Shown: positions 59,401 to 64,000 of the stretch, one piece after another
How positions within the stretch are numbered: position 1 is the first letter of the stretch
Layout: each line of letters starts with the position of its first letter
IMG/VR virus record: IMGVR_UViG_3300029288_003766
Location: 89,787-153,786 of that record
Origin: a virus
Taxonomy: Duplodnaviria; Heunggongvirae; Uroviricota; Caudoviricetes
Strand: one strand, 5' to 3'
Length of the DNA: 64,000 nucleotides
Program-made: the position numbers and the translations under genes
Notes under the pieces: generated by a model
What the model was told of the DNA's origin: nothing
The model's database searches: none
Seen by the model: only the letters and a program-made list of their open reading frames with translations

Positions 59401-60228
59401 GGTGATGTAGATTTTGGTAAACCAAAATGTCCAGAGTGCGGGTGTGAATATAGACTAGATCAATATGATAATTGGGTACCTGTGAAAGAACCTGATGTAA
59501 TTGAATCTTTGTTGAATAAGTTTCAGTTGAGCGAGGCCACACCGGTAGAATTCAAAGGCAGGCCAAAAGAAGATATACGAGATAGAGATTTGACTGGTCA
59601 GGCAGTTACTCCTGAACAAGTAGATCCTTCTAAAGCAGCACCGGAAGTTTCAGCTTCAGCAACCCCGGTTGAACCTGTTTCTGAACCAGGAGCAGAAGCT
59701 CCTATTGGCGCAGGTACAGAAGCAGGTCCAGGTCCAGGTGTTACTGGAGCTACAGGTGGTGGAGTCCCCGGCGGGGCAGCTGAGCCTATTGCTCCTGTGC
59801 AAGCACAGGATATGAGCAACCCAGAAAGTGCAAAGGCCTATATACAATCTGAGTATCCTGAGGAACCATTTACAAGCACGGCTATAGCCTATGCTGATTC
59901 TATGATTGCAGATCCAAAGGTTTATGGAGCAGTTAGACAAATGAATTGGGGTGGGATCTGGGGTGATTCAGATACATTTTTGAAGCAGGCAAAAATAGTT
60001 GGAGAATACAAACCTTTTTCTCCAGACGCAGCTAAAGCTCTTGTGGATAAGTTTGGCAACAGCGCTAAGTATAAATTAGCTAGGGAGACACGTCCTGTTG
60101 TTTATGTTGTTTTGAGGGATGTAGGAGCCGGCGTAGAACCTGTTTCATTAAGTGAGCTAAAAGGAATGACTGGAGCTAGGGAAGTACAGGCAACGGAAAA
60201 CCAAGGTGAAGTTAAGATCATATATTAA
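56437..60228 (+). CDS. giant acidic leader-bearing head-associated polyprotein (1263 aa), scaffold/core- or cargo-like
   Basis: MSLENDISNIK leader; several Zn ribbons; repeated ESKxNE linkers; directly upstream of the prohead protease. Confidence 0.7.
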   Translation: MSLENDISNIKRGCGSEEVSERMKCRICGKPDDSGECDNCIKKRSGKKEPKDKKCRTCGKPDSSGECDGCIKKRSGKNEPKVTKKVKESDEIKQPETLKIDQSTVVFKKDNGFVARESVDFRSIIDGVNKDIREGYGETCGVLPGEDEEIVVEDPKNDIEITDDETVEKPEEVIQVPTTDIQGQDQNISQEMDQSAARNAEVVAKEEALKQEVGQNNAQEQADEKQPTTQPQACETEKIAIVEEPKEELVVEEPNGEIAIESNVGEGKEERGKRDGTGPYKYSRIRQEGFTKGRRRMAGKKCVINKESKEDLGKLISCSSSDSSADRSIIESKYKDQEAPDTDQEAALRHANKGEEDIKNKKAAKKKVNELNIADTEATKHELERIKNKGVKKRKGSKNKSLFSYPTDLGVVKLSPTESKTNEAGAYDVMRGQAGPNRVVIRWKYADSSGTMSSHFASVEEFLTQNADGHRKIEWYQVGNGEKVAMTESKLVGINESTEEIIQAITNGTDPYFGYAHFHSSNMADYTLMSSTISDMVNVYGINEVEAADIVQALTHGDNESKTYPFGVSELSDFRSIFEGINKESKVNERNNMECLKCGFEFAGSIGDECSKCGAKNVHVVDKKENLEPRRRGNRYNRKRFGGDTGVDADFRESKINEEEALAGPNATVAPDAGALPPTNDEPKIDPAQNPETHDNNDQQPDAEEHGEKEYLGKKGDDEYYYLMATSDEGDGSTGGVATESRVNEKKTKCNACGAVGNDIPGGLCHACQKGTMEEIKEGTLFVDASDDDYRNTEKKLRNAQELDAKDKDLIAKMSKAKKETDELEKMYKMDNSKVPNESKIHEGYSSLQIVDAEGKVVADAEEQEIDPNNIKDFLLKNMDDLELTEITPDIVKKYLLVDEESTEDEDMTRTPEEGNRMKVQGQPPFKDEEVIPGQSVASESVVMGLLDKFKLNETVVVEELGVDSLLEKFGLAERDLTNYVSCNCGWEGDVDFGKPKCPECGCEYRLDQYDNWVPVKEPDVIESLLNKFQLSEATPVEFKGRPKEDIRDRDLTGQAVTPEQVDPSKAAPEVSASATPVEPVSEPGAEAPIGAGTEAGPGPGVTGATGGGVPGGAAEPIAPVQAQDMSNPESAKAYIQSEYPEEPFTSTAIAYADSMIADPKVYGAVRQMNWGGIWGDSDTFLKQAKIVGEYKPFSPDAAKALVDKFGNSAKYKLARETRPVVYVVLRDVGAGVEPVSLSELKGMTGAREVQATENQGEVKIIY
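56509..56680 (+). repeat. 90-bp tandem duplication encoding CxxCGKPDxSGECDxCIKKRSGKxEPK twice
   Basis: Copies start at 56509 and 56599. Confidence 0.85.
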
Positions 60229-60240
60229 GGAGAAATAAAA

Positions 60241-60636
60241 ATGCCACAATACCAAAATACAACAAGAACATTGATCATGTTAGGATCAGAAAGAGTAGAA
60301 CCAGGAGCAACAATATTGTCTGGGGTTTGGTACAAGACTTTACCGGTAGGTATAACACAAACTGCCAATACTCCTGTCTTTAACAATATTCTTACATCAA
60401 GTGCAATTAGTGGAGCTCAGACATATACAGTTCCTAGCACTATAACAGATAACTACTTAGTCAGGATATATGTAGCAGCTGGTGGTGCCGCAGCTTATAA
60501 ACTTAATGATACTAGCTCGGCTGCAGATAATATAGGTCCGGGAGATGTGCGTGAATTCCGTTGTAGCGAGAGATATGTAGATAACATTATATTCTCATCA
60601 GCTACTTCAGTTTATATAACTATCTTTGCTGTATAG
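60241..60636 (+). CDS. small Thr/Ser-rich beta protein, possible virion/decoration protein
   Basis: SD AGGAG; composition and position in head module. Confidence 0.5.
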   Translation: MPQYQNTTRTLIMLGSERVEPGATILSGVWYKTLPVGITQTANTPVFNNILTSSAISGAQTYTVPSTITDNYLVRIYVAAGGAAAYKLNDTSSAADNIGPGDVREFRCSERYVDNIIFSSATSVYITIFAV

Positions 60637-60638
60637 GA

Positions 60639-62939
60639 GTGGATAAAATGAAAGCAACCCCAATAAATGAACATCTAGTAGAAAAATGCGAACTTGTAGA
60701 GAGAGATTCATCTAAGCTGCCTAAAGGTATACTTGCCCGTGTTTGGTATCCTATAATGCGTTTCAATGTTAAGAACGCTAACAACAGAAAATATTCTAAG
60801 GCCGTTGCTGAGGCAATTCTTAATGATGATGATGTTAAGAAAAAGTTAGAGACAAGGACTTTATACGGGAACCAAGAACATCCTGCTGAATCAGCACTTA
60901 AATTGAATTGGCAAGAGACCTCACACATTCTTTCAGAATTTAAGATGGATGAAAATATATTGCATGCTGCATTTGATATTTTACCCACTGAACCAGGTAA
61001 GTTTATAAATATCTTGTTAGAGGCTGGTTGTTTGGTAGGTGTATCAACAAGAGCAGATGGAGAGCTAGAAGAAGCTATTGATGAGGATGGCAGCACTTAC
61101 CATAATGTTGTGCCTAAGGCCTATAGGTTCAAAGTAGCTGATTTTACAGGTGATCCAAGCACTCCTGATACCGTTCCAGAATCAATTATTAGCTCTGTCC
61201 AGAACCATTATGAAGCACATGATATTAACAAGAATGTGGCTATTGCTCTACTTGAGCGTGTCCAGACAGAAGCATCTAGAGCGTTAGAAAAGATCATCAA
61301 GGAAGATAAGCAGCACAAAGATTGTAAATGTAAGCTTGGTGATAAGAAATGCGGAAAAGGTTGTGAACATTCAATAAAAGAAAATGATGACCCTAGAGAA
61401 ATACTTCTTAAAAGACTAGTTGACTTAGGTGTTAATGATCAAAAAGCTTATATGTTTGCTTTGGATGTTGGTGGTAACTTGGGCTGGCCGGATGATTATG
61501 AAGATCAACAAGCAATGCTTGAGGAATACGAGATTAGTTCCCCTCAAGGTGTTGATGCAATTATTGAAATTGTTGACGAGATCTTTGGTAATTATATGGG
61601 TGAATCAAAGTTAATAGAAAGAATCAAGAAAATAGGTCCTAAGCAATGGAGGTTGTATTCTAAAGATGGATCAAAGAACTTAGGCACATTTGGAAGTTTA
61701 GCAGCTGCAAAAAAGCATGAAGGAGAAGTTCAGTATTTTAAGACCCATGAAGCAAAGACAAATGAGGAGCTTACTACAAGTTCAGATACTTCCGGTCAAC
61801 CTGCTAACTTAGCGGCGTCTAAAGAAGATATGGAAAATTCTAAGAAAAGAGGCGAGGAAGTAGATCGTAAGCTGGATGATGTATCAGATCAACCTGTAGA
61901 ATCGAAAATGGAGGAAGTTGTGAATAACGCAGATATAAGTTTAAAGATAAAAGCATTTTTAGATGACAACTGGAGCCTGTTTTTGAGGGATGTTGATTTG
62001 TTACCTAATGGTGATCCTAACTCTAAGAAAATGGATGCTATTAAGAATGTTTCTAAAGTGTTTAAACTACCTATAGAGACAGCTACTCAATATGTTAATC
62101 AGTTGGCGCCACAATCTAATAAGCTCTCGGCAGTACGCGCAATGAGCAACGAGAAGGTCGAACCTTCGGACAGTCCTATCTTGGACCAGTCAACAAGGCT
62201 TGCCGCTGTTATTGCCGAGAAGGAACTAATAGCAGAGCAGTTAAAGCAGATAAAAGAAAGCTACTCTAATGATGCTATCCGCTTTGCTAATGAAATAGAT
62301 AGTTTAACTAATTCTATTAAAGCTCTAAAAGAAGATAGAGATACAATAGTTAAACATTACAGTAATGATTCAATACATTTTGCTAAAGAGACTTCATCTT
62401 TGAAAGAAAAGATTAGTAAGTTAGATGAGAGCGTAGATGTTAAGAGGAATCTCCTAGACAATGCTGTGCAGAAAACTCTTGAGCAATATAATAAAGTAAG
62501 AAAACTGACTGAGGAGAAAGATAAAATAGTAGGAGAGTTAAATGAAAAACTTGTTAAACTTTCTAAAGAAATTATTGCCAAAGAAAGCGCAATCAGAGGA
62601 AATGAAAAAGAAATCAAGTTGCTCCAAGAAAACTATGAAAAAGAAATAAAGGTTTTAAATGAAGCACATTCGAAAGAGAAAATAAACTTATATGTCGATT
62701 ACCGAGTAAAAAGTATGGGCTTGAAGCTGCACGAGAATGTCTTAACACTTTTAAGACAGTCTAAGAGCAACAATCAGGTCGATATTCTTATCAGGGAAAC
62801 TCAGGACGCTTTGAGGGAAGGGTTAACACAATCTGTTAACAAGATCTCAGAAGTAGTTGTTGAGCGACCTATTGACAAGACCCAGGCCGACATAAACGAT
62901 AAAGTGGGAATCGCCTTGAAACACTTTACCGGTCTTTAA
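60639..62939 (+). CDS. prohead core protease (T4 gp21 / Peptidase_S77-type) fused to scaffold-like coiled-coil region
   Basis: NANNRKYS, LYGNQEHP, ETSH, LPTEPG, GVSTRADG, DFTGDPSTPD; long C-terminal coiled coil; precedes MCP. Confidence 0.88.
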   Translation: MDKMKATPINEHLVEKCELVERDSSKLPKGILARVWYPIMRFNVKNANNRKYSKAVAEAILNDDDVKKKLETRTLYGNQEHPAESALKLNWQETSHILSEFKMDENILHAAFDILPTEPGKFINILLEAGCLVGVSTRADGELEEAIDEDGSTYHNVVPKAYRFKVADFTGDPSTPDTVPESIISSVQNHYEAHDINKNVAIALLERVQTEASRALEKIIKEDKQHKDCKCKLGDKKCGKGCEHSIKENDDPREILLKRLVDLGVNDQKAYMFALDVGGNLGWPDDYEDQQAMLEEYEISSPQGVDAIIEIVDEIFGNYMGESKLIERIKKIGPKQWRLYSKDGSKNLGTFGSLAAAKKHEGEVQYFKTHEAKTNEELTTSSDTSGQPANLAASKEDMENSKKRGEEVDRKLDDVSDQPVESKMEEVVNNADISLKIKAFLDDNWSLFLRDVDLLPNGDPNSKKMDAIKNVSKVFKLPIETATQYVNQLAPQSNKLSAVRAMSNEKVEPSDSPILDQSTRLAAVIAEKELIAEQLKQIKESYSNDAIRFANEIDSLTNSIKALKEDRDTIVKHYSNDSIHFAKETSSLKEKISKLDESVDVKRNLLDNAVQKTLEQYNKVRKLTEEKDKIVGELNEKLVKLSKEIIAKESAIRGNEKEIKLLQENYEKEIKVLNEAHSKEKINLYVDYRVKSMGLKLHENVLTLLRQSKSNNQVDILIRETQDALREGLTQSVNKISEVVVERPIDKTQADINDKVGIALKHFTGL

Positions 62940-62963
62940 TACAAGGCAAAAGGAGAAATATAA

Positions 62964-64000
62964 ATGAGTAAAGAATTAAACAGCCTAGTCGAATCTAGAT
63001 TAGCTGCTCTTCATTCAGAGCGTGATAGGTTAACCAAGTCTTGGAATCCATACATTACATCAGTTCGTAATTATATGACAAAGCAAGGCAAAACGTTGAC
63101 CGAAAACGACGAGAGAAATATAGCTCGTTGCTTGGAAAACGCTCTGTTGGAAAGTGGTGTGAGATCTAGATCATCGATATTTGAAACAACTGATTCATCT
63201 GCTATCAGCTTCTTAGGTATTCAGTTGCCTGTTATCTCAGCATTACTTCCTAGCTTGGTGTTAAACAAGCTGGCAGTAACCCAGGCATTGGATCGTAGAT
63301 CTGGTGCAGTGTTCTATATGAACGTGAAGTATGGAACAACCAAAGGTACAGTTACGACTGCTGATACAATGATCAGTCCTCTGACTGGACAGAATGCTAC
63401 CGCAGGTGGCAGACAATTTGCATCTGTGAGAGTCAATTCAGAAACATTGACCAGCTCTGGTGGTACTTTAACATATACACCTGTAGTCCTTGGTTCTGTG
63501 GTTGTTACAAACGGAACTGAAACACTGATTGACTACGCTACACCTGGTATCTTGTATGAGATGACCAGTTATGCTTCTCCGCTCGCAGGTACAGTTACCA
63601 CAGGTGGTGTGGTTACAATTACAGGTGGTACAATGAGTGGAACAGTTACATGTACCTACCAGTATGATTGGCAGACCTTCAATGGTACTACCACTAATAC
63701 TGAGAGCGTTCCAGAAGTTAATATCTCTGTTACATCTTCGACTATCACGGCCGAAGACTTCCCATTAAGAGCATACTTTACTCTAGGTGCTGCAATTGAC
63801 TTGGAGAAAGCACATGGTCTTAACTTGGAAGATGAGTTAGTGAAATATTTAGGTGGTGAGGTAAAGTTCACAATGGACCACTTAGGTATTGATCTGATGA
63901 TGCAGGCTGCTAACAACACATTGCCTGGCCAGATCGCAGTAGCAGCAACCTCACCTGGTACTTATACAGCTACACCAACCTCAGGTGAAACTTGGGTATG
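62964..64000 (+). CDS. major capsid protein (T4 gp23-like), truncated by window end (absent from ORF track)
   Basis: SD AGGAG; MSKELNSLVES...QLPVISALLPSLVLNKLAVTQALDRRSGAVFY...PEVNISVTSSTITAEDFPLRAYFTLGAAIDLEKAHGLNLEDELVKYLGGEV; frame open to 64000. Confidence 0.93.
   Translation, partial: MSKELNSLVESRLAALHSERDRLTKSWNPYITSVRNYMTKQGKTLTENDERNIARCLENALLESGVRSRSSIFETTDSSAISFLGIQLPVISALLPSLVLNKLAVTQALDRRSGAVFYMNVKYGTTKGTVTTADTMISPLTGQNATAGGRQFASVRVNSETLTSSGGTLTYTPVVLGSVVVTNGTETLIDYATPGILYEMTSYASPLAGTVTTGGVVTITGGTMSGTVTCTYQYDWQTFNGTTTNTESVPEVNISVTSSTITAEDFPLRAYFTLGAAIDLEKAHGLNLEDELVKYLGGEVKFTMDHLGIDLMMQAANNTLPGQIAVAATSPGTYTATPTSGETWV

Noticed and set aside
634-63919. Numerous minus-strand and nested plus-strand ORFs in the track
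   Set aside because: They are shadows of well-supported + strand genes, lack SD sites and motifs, and have antisense-type composition.
1-64000. Stop-codon reassignment (seen in some jumbo phages)
   Set aside because: Conserved genes are intact in code 11, and TAG, TGA and TAA all end genes at expected positions (e.g. groEL TAG, terL TAA, ATGA overlaps).

Overview
64 kb of an AT-rich jumbo (T4-like head module) dsDNA phage genome. All credible genes are on the + strand and use the standard code. The left part (1-19 kb) carries DNA and nucleotide metabolism and host-like genes: an SbcD-SbcC fusion, a NinG-like HNH, an intein-split TSCPD/NrdJb-like protein, an M14 peptidase, peptide deformylase, dNMP kinase, dCMP deaminase, a HAD nucleotidase, groES/groEL and a second, frameshifted GroES-like gene. 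It is followed by a terminase, a sigma factor, a portal with two HNH inteins, a gp21-type prohead protease fused to a scaffold-like region, and the 5' part of a gp23-type major capsid protein (MCP). Two linked features stand out. (1) Between portal and protease, 24 translationally coupled genes share an N-terminal leader (MSLEKDITxIKxLVE). Most follow it with a second tag (xP[IV]FK[AP]A[ST]xEQxxxR, about 35 copies in the window), placed right after a hydrophobic-x-Glu site that resembles the T4 gp21 cleavage motif, and then an unrelated payload. One 1150-aa polyprotein carries nine such tagged units. I infer a capsid-targeted, protease-released cargo (internal/ejected protein) cassette system. 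(2) Four tiny genes near terL consist of the same tag fused to different fragments of the MCP (propeptide twice, spine helix, C-terminal strand); one shares a 29-nt exact match with the phage's own MCP gene. Family assignments are from motif recognition by eye; no database searches were run.
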